Origin: Ministeria vibrans ATCC 50519
Lineage: Eukaryota > Protista > Filasterea
DNA: 55,117 bases
NCBI GenBank assembly: GCA_943704425.1
Contig: CALSCP010000241.1
Coordinates: forward strand, 1 to 55,117
Direction: 5' to 3'
The notes beneath the pieces were generated by a model. The model was not told the DNA's origin and ran no database searches. It worked only from the letters and a program-made list of their open reading frames with translations. This document shows positions 1-16,723 of this stretch, piece after piece; the stretch's first letter is position 1, and every line of letters begins with the position of its first letter. The translations under genes and the position numbers were made by a program.

Positions 1-1656
1 AGTGGGCCAAGTCCAGCGCGTGCATCTCGCCTGTGGCACTGTTGTAGAGCAGTGCGCAGTTCCTGGGTAGTGTTTGACTTGAAACGCACTAGATTCGATT
101 GCGATCAACTCGAACTTTGGCGGTCCTGCAACGTACACCTTCTGGCCAAAAGAGATCTCGACCCAGCTGCATCGTGCTGCAGCCCTTGCCCACCACACGC
201 TACTCTTCTACAAGGCTATTGTCGACGAGAAACTCCCACCGCAAAAGATGGGCGGTCAAGTAAACAATGTGCATTGCATGAATACGTTTCTCATATTTTG
301 CGCGTTTTTTTTTCTTCATTTTTTATTTTCATTTGCGCAGCCACTGTGCATGAACCAATACCGCCACATCTTCACCGAGTGTCGCGTTCCAGGCGTCACA
401 TGTGACACGCAAACGTCCGCATTCGACTCCCAACCGCGTCATATGGTTGTGCTCCATCGAGGTCGTTTCTTCCGTGTCGACTCATTTGACTCCGATTTTT
501 ACCCACTCCCAATCTCAATGGTATAAAACAACATAAAACGCAATTGAGGGACGATTCAAATGAGGTTTCTTTCTTTACAGATCCACGAGCAATTGGAACG
601 AGTAGTTGCACTGGGAAACACGTTGGATTCCAACGGAATTGCGCCCGAAAACATTGGAGTTCTTTCAGCGGACAATCGCACTGACTGGGCAAAGGTATAA
701 TATATATATATAATAATTTATAATTATTATGTGTATATATATATATATCGACTTGTAGTTATATTGAGAGAGGGAGAAAGTTTGGTGACTCATACGTTTG
801 ATTTTACCCTGTAGTGTCGAGAGAGTCTGATTTCGGCGGACCCACTCAATGCGAGTCACTTTGCGACAATCCAATCGGCCATTTACATTCTGGTGCTTGA
901 CCAATCAACGCCAAAAGATGCTCAAGACGTAACTAATCCAAAAAAACACACCCTTCTAAATGAGTCATTTTGTAAAATATTTGTTTCGTATGCACTCGAT
1001 TAGAATCTTCGCGAGTGTATTTACGGGAATGCTCAAGATCGCTTTTTCGACAAGATGTACTCACTCATTGTGTTTGCAAACGGCGAAAGTGGCTTAAATG
1101 GAGAGGTAAGGGGGAGTATTGGGCATTGGATGAGCTTCCGAGTGATGTTGGGGTATGTGTGTTTTGAGCAATATTTGAGTCATTTCTTTCCATACGTAAA
1201 TTTCACTTATTTTGATCTTATGTGTCTATGTGTAGCACTCACCTGCGGATGCAATGGTTTGTGTCCATTGCACAAACTTTGGTACTTTCTAAAAATCCTA
1301 TTTCTGAAATTGTCTTATTCTCCCTCTCACTCATCTGTCTGACTCACTCATAAGTACATTACTAACTCTCATATTTAGCGCGTGAGTCAATGATGGAGTG
1401 TTTAGCTCAGGGCAACGTGTCTCTGTGCACCCACCCCTCGCCCTTTGCTGCGTCTCTTGTGCACTCGCGCTCTCACACCGCATCCGACTCGGTCTCCCAT
1501 TTGCACTTTCAACGCGTTCCTCAGTCTGTTGCGCTGCGCATTCCCATTGTGCTTGAGCAGTACAGTGCCCGCAGAGACAAACTTGATCTGCTCTTTTATG
1601 TCTACACAGGATTCGGGAAGGAATTTCCAAAGGTAAATGAAAAATTAATAATAATG

Positions 1657-1704
<48 letters not shown>

Positions 1705-2532
1705 TAATATCACAATTATTTTATTATAATTGTTCTGCACTTAGCAATTCAAAATTCATCCCGACTTTCTAATGCAAATGGCACTGCAACTGACGTACTA
1801 TCGGACGCACAAACAACCATGTGCCACATACGAAACGGGGACTGCGCGTCTCTTCTTCCACGGTCGCACCGAGACAGTCCGTGCGTGTACCAGTGAGACG
1901 CGTGAGTGGACCAGAGCCATGGGTGACCCCACTGTCTCCTCACACGATTGTCTCAGGTTCGTTCTACTTTTTCTCTCTTTCATTCACTTATCAAAACCAT
2001 TTTAGACTTCTTCAACGGGCGATCAAGCAGCACTTTACATTAATGAAACGCGCAACGCTCGGCAGTGGGTTTGACCGCCATCTGCTTGGCCTGAGCATTG
2101 TGGCGTCAATGCAAGGCAAAGCAGACCTGCCCATCTTTACCGATCCCAATTACACGCTCAGTGGCGGAGCGGGCCATTTTGTGCTGAGTACGTCCACCAT
2201 TGGATTCAGTAGTGCCGTCGGTGGGTTTGCACCGATGCTCGAGAATGGCTATGGCACCTGTTACAGGTATAAATCATGACAATTGGTGATCAGAAATTAA
2301 ATAATAATAACATTGTTATATCAATGCGCCTTTAGCATTCAAGAGGACACCATTTCGTGCGTCATTAGTGCGTGGAAGGGCAGTGATACGAGCGCGCTTC
2401 TCTTTCGCAATGCCCTCAAACAAAGGTAGATAAACACTTTTTTACATCGACCTTTTAACTCTGTTATTAATTACTTATAGTCTGGATGACATTCGCGATT
2501 TGCTTGTCAGCGAGTCCAAGTCGAAGCTGTAA
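1..2532 (+). CDS. CROT: Carnitine O-acyltransferase, peroxisomal carnitine octanoyltransferase-like; multi-exon, 5' end outside the window
   Basis: Spliced exons give PLCMNQYRHIF, HRGRFF, DRFFDK...GLNGEHSPADAM (catalytic His), QMALQLTYYR...ATYETG...FFHGRTETVR, GFDRHLLGL, LSTS and GYGTCY. The last exon ends SESKSKL* (PTS1), TAA at 2530-2532. Confidence 0.85.
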
Positions 2533-2702
2533 ATCGCGATTAAAGTGCACAAAATTAATGTCAAAAATAATCAACAAAATTAATATTTCTTAGTCACTCT
2601 CACAGTCTCACTCTTATCTACAAATTTTACATATACCCCCCCTTCCACACTCTTCCACTCACTACTCACCACCCACCCACTACGCACCACTCACTGCGCG
2701 CC

Positions 2703-5700
2703 ATGTCAGTGAAGGTACTATAAATCTCTTTGCGATTTTCTTCCTTTCGTTCTTCTAATCCTTTGCCCATTTCTCGCTCTTCCCCCCCACCTGTGCTCCC
2801 CGTTCCCTTTTCAGGTCTCCGACATCGAAGAAGCCCTCGAGGTGCGTGCTGAAACAGCCCACAGTCATAACACATCTCACCTTCTCTCTTCTTCTCTCCT
2901 CCAGCTTGCCGCAAGCGCCCAGCAACAGCTCGAACGTGTCATTGCTCAGGTATGTGTCTAATACGGCCCTTGCCGCACAGAGGCTAGCAATACAGCGCTG
3001 CGCTTTCAAATTTCACTCACCAGAAGAGCACCAAACTCTCTCACTTTGTATCTTTCTCCCTTCTCTCTCTCACTTTGTATCTTTCTCCCTTCTCTCTCTA
3101 TCNNNNNNNNAAAAAAAAAAAAAAAAAAAAAAAAAACTTGTCGAGACCAAATCTCAACTTTGTCCTCTCCCTGTCTCTCTCGTTTGGCTCTTATTCGGCA
3201 TTTAGGTCACGGAAGAGCAGAACCAAGTGACCGAACGTTGCAATGACATTGAAACAACTCAAATGGAGATTGTCTGTGCTTTGGCAGGCGAGGTACACTA
3301 TGCAACGACTGACCGGAAGCAACGCATCCAAACTCATTCTCTGTGTCCTCTCTCTCTCTTTCTCTCTTTTTCTTTCTTGCTCTCTCTCTTTCTATTACTT
3401 TGTATCTTTCTTCTCTCTCTCTCTCTCTCTCTCTATCACTTTGTTTCTCGCTCATCTCATCTCTCAGTCGAGCCCTGGCATGACTCTTTTGCACAAGTTT
3501 TGTCAGACAGCGACTGCACTTGAGGCTGGCATGAACGACACTCGAGCGCTGGTGAACAACACACGACAGCTTGCCGAGGTGGTCAACGAAATGTTTGTCA
3601 CCCTCGAGGGCGCCTGCTCGAATGCATTCGAGAACAAAGCCGACCGCTTCCGCGAAATGGAGTCGGCTCGTGTCTTCAGCGACTACAGTGCGGCCACGGT
3701 GAGCGCTGCGACCGTCACTGCCAAAGCATCCAAGGACCCAAATGCTTCAACCGGCGAGCGTGAGGATAAAGCCAAACTTCGCAATTGCCTGCGCCGCACC
3801 AAAGACCAGGCACACTGTGTAGCCGCCAAAATCACCATGCTGCTCGCGGCAGGAAAAGGTGCTGGCGGGAAAGATGAAGACGATGGTATTCCGCCAGCGC
3901 GTCCCAAGCGTGGAAACAGCCTTACCGGATTTGAGCGCTCATCGCTCACCTCCAAATCAGCGCGCCCACCCACCGAAGGGTTCGACAATGGCGACGAAGA
4001 TGAGGACGACTCCAGCCAGCTTGCCCCACCTCCAGTGCCCACTCGTGGCGCCTCGTTTGACTCCAAACCCGCCCCACCCCTTCCCGGCAGCGCTGGCAAC
4101 TTTGACACGACCAAACAAATTCGTTCTATTGCCGAAGAGAGCTCTACCAGTGCTGATGCTGATGTGGATGCTGCGGCAGTGTCGCCAACCTCTGAAAGTC
4201 AACCGGAACGTGGACCACTGCGCCTATATCTGTTCGACAACGGCAACGAGCAAGAGTTCAAGTCGCTCTTTATGACGACCGACTCGACCGTGACCGATGT
4301 GCTCCGCATGGGAGTCAAGAAGTTCCGTCTCGACTGCGATCCGGATCATTGCGACTTGCTTTCGGTCGAAACACTGCCCACGGGCGTCACCGAGCGCAAA
4401 ATGATGCTCACCGAGCGCCCTTATCGCACCATTGTGAACCGACGCAAACTTGATCAGCCGTCGGACACGCTGCGCTTCTACTTGCGCTCTCCTGCTGCCT
4501 CGGACGTCCTGGGTAGCGCGGCACCACAAGCCGCATGCCATCTGCGTCTGTACTACGTGTCGGACGAGGCGACACGCACCGCCACCGTCATGGTCGACAT
4601 GAACGACAACACTTTCAACGTCATTGAGAAGGCTCTGCCCCTCTTTGACTTGCACGACGAACATGTCACCTCCTTCTCACTTGCCCAGGTCCTCCTGCAG
4701 CATCCCATCGACGAACGTCCTCTCGGCGACCGTGAGATCCCTCTACGAGCGTTGCGTGAGCGCAGCGAAGAGCTGCGCGGCGAAACCTCAAGCGACGACT
4801 TTGTGCGCTTCTACTTGCGTCGCGAGCGCAGCTCCATGGAACTTGCCAGCCAGACGCTCCGCAAGGGCACACTGACGGTCCACGCGGGTCCCGGAATCCC
4901 CGTGGCGTGCGGCGATGACGCCGACCTGTGCGTCGATGCTGTCACCTTCCACATTTCGAACTTCACTGATGCCCAGCAAGTCACCAAGATGGCCATTGAG
5001 CGTCTCGGATTCGAGTGGGTCGTTGGCTCGTTTGAACTCCTCGTTGTGTGTCCGGCAGGCACGGGTGGCGCGGCCGCTTCCTCCTTTGCATCCGACTCGA
5101 GCAGCAGCAGTGCCGCTGTGTCACCCTCCCTTCGCGAACAGCGTGTCGTCATGCCAAACGAACATCCGCTGGGGCTCCTCGAGCGCTTTATCGCCCTCAA
5201 TGCCGACGCAAACCCCCCGCGTTTTATTGTGCGCTGCGTGACGGGCGAGGCAAGTGTCGCCGATACAACAGCCGCCAACATCATGCTTGCGCGTGTCCGT
5301 CAACGGCGTGACAATTCCTTTTGTGTCGACTGCAACGCAAGCGATCCTGTTTTTGTCTCCCTCAACTTTGGCTCGCTCCTATGCGGTGTATGTGCGCGCA
5401 TCCACAACCGCCTCTCGAAGCCTTTTTGGGACGCATGCGTCTCCAGCACCAAGCCCGACAACCGCTTCTTCTCCAAGGTGCGCGCCGTGCACTACGTTGC
5501 CTGGGCCGACTCACAGCCCGAACACCTTCTCGCGTCTGGCGGCAACTCCCTTGTGAACGCTGTCTACGAGCGCAACTGCCCCAGCAGCAAGAAGCCTCTG
5601 CCAAACGCGTCCGAGAGTGCCATCCAGACGCACATTTGTCGCAAGTACCTCGACTGTGTCTACATCGATCCGGTGCATGCGCCCGACATTGACTTGTCAC

Positions 5701-8012
5701 GCGAGCTTTTCTGTGCCGCCGCCGACGGCGACCTCTTCAACACCATGCGCTTTCTGGCTCTCGGTGCGGATCTCTTGCGCATCTACCCGCGCACCACACA
5801 CCCAAACATGGAGAGCGACAGCTCGAGTGCTCTTCATGCTGCCGCCGTGGGCCGCAACGCTGCCGTCTGCACCCTCCTCTGTGAATTCGGCTTGCCGCCG
5901 GTCACACGCGACTCTCGCGGTCGCACCGCCCTCTACTGGTGTGCGCGTCTCAAGAGTGCCGCTGCCGGCTCGGTGGTGACTGCGTACCAGCGCGCCTACA
6001 GCGTCGTCGAGGACTTCAGTCATGACCCGGCACGTCGCAAGCTTGTGTCACTTGTCGACGCCGACTTCCTTGAACTTGCTGCCGACGTTCACATGGAGAC
6101 GGTCACACGTGCTTTTGGCTCCGCCTCCTCGTCGAGCGACAGCCAACGCCAAGGGGGCGCCATTGAAGGACGTCGCAAACTCGCACGACTTGTCCAGCAT
6201 CAGTTTGCTACGCTCGCTTCGAACCTGTACGTCGAAATGGAACTGCGTCAGCGTCACATGCTGCGGTGTCTTGTCGAGCGCACGCCCTATGCGCGTCGCA
6301 CTCCCAGCGATCCCGATCACGCACTTGACCGTCTTATCACTTGGCAGCAAAGCGAAGTGACTGCAGGCGTGCGCGAACTTGAAGTGGATCCTATGGATCG
6401 CTGCTCACCTCACGGCGATGGTACTGCTGGTGGGGGTAGGGGTGGTGTGCCACTTGACATTGATGATTTTGACGACGACGACGATGCACTCAGTGCAAAC
6501 GTTTCCAATGCCGGCTATCGTCTCTCGGCAAGCGACGGCGGGCCAGTGCCTCCCGTGCCCGTTGATGGACGTGGCGAAGAGGTGGACGAAGACGAGGCAC
6601 ACGCGCTTCGTGTCGAGGAGGCCCGTCGTGCCGCTCTCTCAGCCATGACCGAGTTCTCCGACATTGTTCAGCCAAAGCCATTGCTGACGGCATCACCCAT
6701 GATGCCCATTGACTCGGCCGCAGATACGCCTCCACCCCAGCCGCCTCGTCGACAGAACAGTGCCCGTCGCGACAACAGCATGGACATGACGGGCTCGCAA
6801 CAGCAACCGTTGCCGTCACCGCCTCCTCCAGTGCCAGATCGTGATGTGGAACGACCAGAAGTCGAAGAGGAGTCGCTCTATGCCGAGTTGAGTGCGCCCG
6901 GTGGCGACGACGAGGACGACGAGGACCTGCGTGCACCCGCGCCAGTCCCCAAGAGCGCCTCCAAGCCCCTCTCAGTCATCTACAATGTCCCCGCACCTCG
7001 ACCACCAGTGCTCTCGACGGGTTCGCTCTCCGAACTGGTGGGCGACCCTCACATGTCACAGCCCGAGAACACTATCTTTGAAGATGGTGCGCCGGGATTC
7101 GTTGTCAACTCGTCGGCCAATGTCTTTGACAGCCCACGTCAGAGCACCACCGACGACGGCGGTGTTGCCGCGCCGGCCCCTGCTGCGCTGGCACCGCCTC
7201 CCGCACTGCCTTCCAAAGACCACCTTCATCGCGACGAAGAGGACATGTACATGTCCCCGCGTGACCTTGTGGCACAGCTCGACGGCTCCGTGCCCCCCGA
7301 GACACCACCTCGCCGCGTCATTGCCCGCCCCGTCGAGGGCGGTCCGCCCGTCCCCGTGCCTCGCAAGTCCGACCGCGACTCCAGCAACAGCAAAATGTCT
7401 CTCGACGAGCGTCTGGAAAGCATCAAGTCGCGCCGCAAGCAAGAGCGCTCCGTCGTCGGCAGTGGCTCCAGCGACGCCGCAATCATGCGCTCTGCCCGCC
7501 AGCGCGTCGAGCAGTCCGGCTCGCGAGTTCTCGAGTCTGTCACGGGTCTTATGAGCGTTGTCAAGGCTCGTGATCGTGCGCAGTTTGTCACGTCGGCCGT
7601 AAGTTTGAATCATGTGTTGTGCAATGAGAGTGTAACGAAGTGTTTCTTTTTTTTTCTTTTTTTTTTTTGAATCAGGTTGGAATTGTTCACAAAGGGAACG
7701 AGCTGCTCGAGAACACGGAGAGTTTTTCGGTTCTCGACCAAAACGATTCTCGCGTAAGAAAGAAAAGGAAAAGAAGAAAAAGAAGAAAAAGGAACAAAGT
7801 TTGGACAGAGAAACAGAACACAAACACAATGTACTTTGTAGAAATCGCGCGTGGGAATCCACCAGACTAACATCCGAGAGTCGCTGGACAAGCTGATGAG
7901 CGCAACCAAGGTGGCGGCGGGCGAGGACGGCGAGACACAACAGCTCGTCTTCCAGGCGTACGAGGTCATGACCCTCGTGAAGAACCTCCTCTTGACCGTT
8001 GGAAAAGACTGA
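2703..8012 (+). CDS. GIT: GIT1/2-like ArfGAP scaffold with three N-terminal Ras-association (RA)-like domains; multi-exon
   Basis: Large exon ~3468-7598 has three RA-like repeats (VLRMGVKKF...ER.L...E.P...LRFYLR), an ArfGAP zinc finger CVDC-x16-CGVC, ankyrin repeats (ALHAAA, GRTALY), two Spa2-homology repeats (RRKLVSLVDADFLELAADV; GRRKLARLVQHQFATL) and a Pro-rich region. The C-terminus QLVFQAYEVMTLVKNLL resembles the GIT paxillin-binding domain. The small 5' exons (MSVK/VSDIEEALE/LAASAQ...) are inferred from GT-AG sites. Confidence 0.8.
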
Positions 8013-8184
8013 AATTACTATCTCGTTTTGCTTTTTATGTTATTACATCTTCTTTCACTTTTTTTTTAAAAAAATGTGTTCTGTTTTATGATGAAACTTT
8101 TAATTTCGTTTGCTTTTGTTTTAGTTTGGTACGGAATTCAAAAAAAAATTCAAAAAAGGAAGGGCAACAAATTTTAGAGCTGAT

Positions 8185-11137
8185 TCAATCACGGACACGA
8201 TCCATGACAAACTTGTCACCGGTGTAGGCAAGCGACGAGAAAAGGCGCTCATGGACACCGTTGGTCACCTCAAGGCCATAGTCACCTGGATAGACAGCGC
8301 GAACACCGGCTGCATCGCTGAGCGCCAGCATCTCTGGCGTGATCTTAAAGGTGACGGTGGTCGTGGCGCCGGCTGCGACATGGACACGCTGGTAGGCAAT
8401 GAGTTGCTTCTTCAGAGGCACTGCCCTTGGGTCGTGGAGTCGCCCCAGTGCACTGGACGGACTAAAATAGACCAATAGAACTTCATCACCGTCGCGCGCA
8501 CCCGTGTTGGTCACGTCGCAGTAGAGCTGGAGGGAGTCATGGGCGTGCGTGAGGGCAGCTGGAGCATGTTCATGCCACACCAGCGAAAATGAGGTGTACG
8601 ACAGGCCCCAACCAAAGGGAAAGAGAGGCGAGCCTGTGTAGTAGCGGTAGCCACGACCGGGCGCCGTGCTCATGTTCATGTTGCTCATTTTGATCTCGTC
8701 GATAAAGCCGGCCGCGTACATGGTCACAGCCAGGCGTCCCGCCGGATTGTAGTCACCAAATAGCACCGCCCCAATGGCAAAAGCACCTTCAAAGCCTGGA
8801 TAGAAGGCCTCGAGAATGGCCGACGCATTCGCAATGACTTCCGGCTCCAGCGCAACCGTTCCCCCATTTATCAGCAGCACCGTGGTCGGCTTGCCGAGTG
8901 CAAGCACCTCCTTAGCAAAGTCTGACTGCACACCAGGTAGGTCAATGCTTACGCGGTCGTGTGACTCACCCTCCACCGCACTCGACAGCCCCAGCGCAAG
9001 AACAACCACATCAGCGGCGCGAGCCACATCCAGCGCAGCCGCAAACCTACTCTTGTCCGTGCCGGTCACGGTGCACCCCTCCGCGTACTCCGTCTTCCCT
9101 CCCTCGTTTGCCGCCGCAATACCCTAATAAAAAATTCACATTGTTAATACTGCTGGGCAATGTTGTTCACTTGGCACTTGCCTGGAAGACAGATTGCACG
9201 CAACTCAAGTCATCGTAGTTGGTGGGACACACTTGACCGCGGTAGTTGCCAATAAGCACAGACGAGCCGTTTCCGTGCGGACCCACCTTGAAATCAGACA
9301 AAGAGAGAGCGAGCGTGTGAGAGGTACGTGGATATGAAGAGGGTAAGAGATACAAAGAGCGTGAGCAATACGAAGAGACGTACAGTATCACACACATACA
9401 ATATATATTTGACACAAATGTACTTACAACAGCAACGTGGAGGCCTTTGCGGAAGGGAAGAGTGTTGCGTTCGTTCTTGAGGAGCACCATGGACTGCTGT
9501 GTTGCGAGTCGGTTCAGCGCCACTGCTTCGTCGTTCTGCACAATCGTCAGCGGCACTTTCCACAGAGGTTGGTCCTCAATGGGATCAAACAGCCCCAGCA
9601 GGAAGCGCAATTTCATCAGACGCTTTAGTGAGCGGTCCACGGCAGACCAAGTTAAATGACCCTGCAGGAACAGCCAAATCGACTGAGCAACATGGACATG
9701 GATGCTATCGTGCGTTGTACCTGCGCGACTGCGTTGTCGACATGGTGCCAGTACGTGCCTCCGCTGTCCATATCGCATCCCCCGTCCGTCAGTGCCAGCC
9801 CAGTCGCCTCCTCTGCCGTCTTGACGTACTTGTGCGTCTGGTAAATGTCCGCTGGTACATGCGATGAAATACACTAGTTTGAGAATATTGTATTCCGTTT
9901 GTGTGTTGGAATACCAACTGCATCTGTGTCACTCGTCACATAGCCATCTTGGAAACCCCACTTTCCGCGCAGTGTGTCGTTGAGAAAGGCACTGGCGCAC
10001 GTAGGAATGCCATTCAATTCGTTGTAGGAGCACCTAATAAAGGAGGAAAGTCGGTGGTGAGTATGCGAGTGAGGTGAGTGAGTGAGCGAGTGTGTGTGTG
10101 TGTGTGTGTGGGGGGGGGGGGGTTATGCCATATTGTGTTTTCTCACATGACGCCCTTGGCGCCACCTTCCATCACTGACGCCTTCCATGCGGGGAAGTAC
10201 GTCGTGGCCAGGTCATAGTCGCTCACTTGCGCATTGAATGTGTGTCGCGTGTATCCGTCCGAGTCCTCGAGCGAGTACGCTGCAAAGTGTCTACATCAAT
10301 GAGCAGGGGTGTTGAGGGAAGCAACAAAGCAACGGGGGTGTGTACTTGAGCGTGACGACCACTTGGACGTAGCGCGAGTCCAAGTCGGAATTTTGCAATC
10401 CAAGTGTGTACATTTTGCCGTAGTCACCGGCAAGAAGTGGATCCTCAGAGGGCACTTCCTCATTGCGGCCCCACCGCGGGTCGCGAGCAATACTACAAGT
10501 AACATAATGTGAATCCTGCTGTGTTTGTAGCAGAGACGCATTACTTGATGTTGGGCGACCAACAATCAAGACCGGCATGTGGATAGCCAGACCAGGCACT
10601 GGGTTCGGTGGCGCCTGCGAGCCACATTGCGCGAAGCTCACGTCCAATCACATTCCCCATTGCGCGGACAAGAGAGAAGTTGAACGACGATCCCAGCGTG
10701 TTGGGCGCCGGAAAGGTGGTGGGGCAGTAGGTCTTTCCGCCGGACGTGACGCACGTTGTCTGAGCCGAGTGGATGCAGTTGGTGCCAAAATCAAGCGCAG
10801 GGACTGCACAAAGAGTTAGAGACAGAGAGAGAGAGAGAGCGAGAGACATATTGGCAATGTCAACAATGAGGGCGGACGGGTCACAGATTGTCTCACCTCC
10901 GATTCGCGTCAGGTTGAACAGGTTCCCGCGTGGATCGCCCCGTGCCGTCATCAACGGGCCTTTCTCCTCGTTGTGAATGCGAGACACAAGGTCGTCGACG
11001 CGTGCGTCAATCGACAATGTTGTGTCACAAAAGGGAAATTTGTCAAACGGCGCCTGACAAGCACGGTCGCTGATGGTGGACGCCATTCCCTGCGATACCA
11101 ACACAGTAGCCAGCACGACTATGTGAAGGCAACTCAT
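8185..11137 (-). CDS. Secreted glycoside hydrolase family 3 beta-xylosidase (BXL-like); multi-exon
   Basis: Hydrophobic N-terminal signal, PFCDTTLSIDARVDDLVSR, WSPNI...ARDPRWGRNEEVPSEDP, KH.AAY, GYVTSD nucleophile region, SMVLLKN, EGESHDR, PLFPFGWGLSYT and a C-terminal Fn3-like domain. Confidence 0.93.
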
Positions 11138-11287
11138 TGATGATTGACGATTGATTGTTTAATTATTTGTTTTTTTTTAATTTTTTTGGATTGTGAGATT
11201 TGAAACTGATAATAATAATAATAATAATAAATTATTATTATTATTTTTTTTTTAAAGTCCTCTTCACGTACTAACTGTAACTCCCTC

Positions 11288-12571
11288 ATGAGCAGCAAAG
11301 AGGCGTCTAAAGAGACGTCTGTATGCAATTCCGCACCATCAGGAGCACAGTCTTCGTCGCGAGACACGCCTGCTGTGATGATGGCCGCGACAAATAAAGC
11401 ACTGGCACGTCTCTTGTGATACTGTTGCCAGGGGCGACGCAAAACGTGAACTTACACGTCCACTTGCTGCAGGTCAAGTTTGTGTTGATAGGAGATGGGA
11501 CAGTGGGGAAAACAATGCTTGCTCAAAGGGTCGCCAGCAATGCCTTTGACGGCGATTACAAGCAGACACTCGGCGTTGATTTTTACGTGCGAAGAATGAC
11601 CTTTCCAAGTACAACCGTCACTGTGCAGCTGAGTGATTGATTTCTGATGAGTCTTGGGTCTTCCATAGCGGGCGAGGCAGTAACACTACGAGTGTGGGAC
11701 ATTGGAGGCCAGTCTATTGGCTCGCGCATGCTGGTAGGGCAGCGTGATCTAAATGAACGCACAATGCCACTCACACTCTTCTGTCCTTATTATAATAATA
11801 ATAATAACAATAATAATTATTATTATAATTATTATTATATTTTATTTTTCTTATTATTTATTATTGTATGATTGCGTAGGAAAACTATTTGTCGGGCGCC
11901 GACGTGTTGCTGTTTGTCTACGACATCACCAACTACAGTAGCTTTGTCAATCTGACAGACTGGATTGTGTTGGTGAAGCGTATCTATGCAGCGAATGTGG
12001 ATGAGGACACTGGCGAAGTAGTGCCCCTGCCGCATATGGCACTGGTGGGCAACAAGGTTGATCAGGTTCAGAACAAGACGGTGAAGATCCAAAAGCACCG
12101 CGACTTTGCCAAGGAGCACAAGATGCGAAGTTACTACGTGTCAGCGCGCAATGGAGATCAAGTAGATTTGATGGTAAGTGATCATGACAGCGACAGCGTA
12201 GAGACCTTGACTTGTACATGTCACAATTTTGATATATACCGGCTGTACGGCCACATGATGATATATTATACGTACGTCAGCGTCTAATAATTATAAATGC
12301 CCGTCATGGTCAGGGTTTATTAGTGGCTACATAGTAGTTTTCAACGCCCATACTTTAAACATAACGTCGTTATTATAATAAAATAATATACTTATTATTC
12401 AGTTTCTGAGAATGACTGCGGCTCATTGTGGCCTCCAAATGCGAAAGCAAGACATGGCAGTGGAAGAACGGGTGGTCGCGGCGGAGCTGGATCGCACGGA
12501 GGCGCCGTCAGAGGAAGTGCAGCGAAAGATGAAGAGAAGTGCGCAAGACAGTGGAGTGTGCACACTCCTAT

Positions 12572-12573
<2 letters not shown>
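11288..12573 (+). CDS. RAB28: Rab28 small GTPase; multi-exon
   Basis: GDGTVGKT, YKQTLGVDFYVRRMTFP, the Rab28-typical WDIGGQSIGSRML, VGNKVD and YVSARNG. The last exon 12403-12573 ends in the CaaX motif CTLL*. The first exon MSSKEASKETS is inferred. Confidence 0.9.

Positions 12574-12663
<90 letters not shown>
12574..12663. repeat. (CA)n microsatellite directly after the RAB28 stop codon
   Basis: Uninterrupted CA run of about 90 nt. Confidence 0.97.
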
Positions 12664-12666
<3 letters not shown>

Positions 12667-12783
12667 TCACTCACTCACACACTCACACGCGCACACACAC
12701 ATCGCTTACACATAGAGAGATTTTGATTCGATTCGTATACTTGTATTATTATTATTATGAATTATTATTGTTTGTTTTGAGGC

Positions 12784-16723
<3,940 letters not shown>

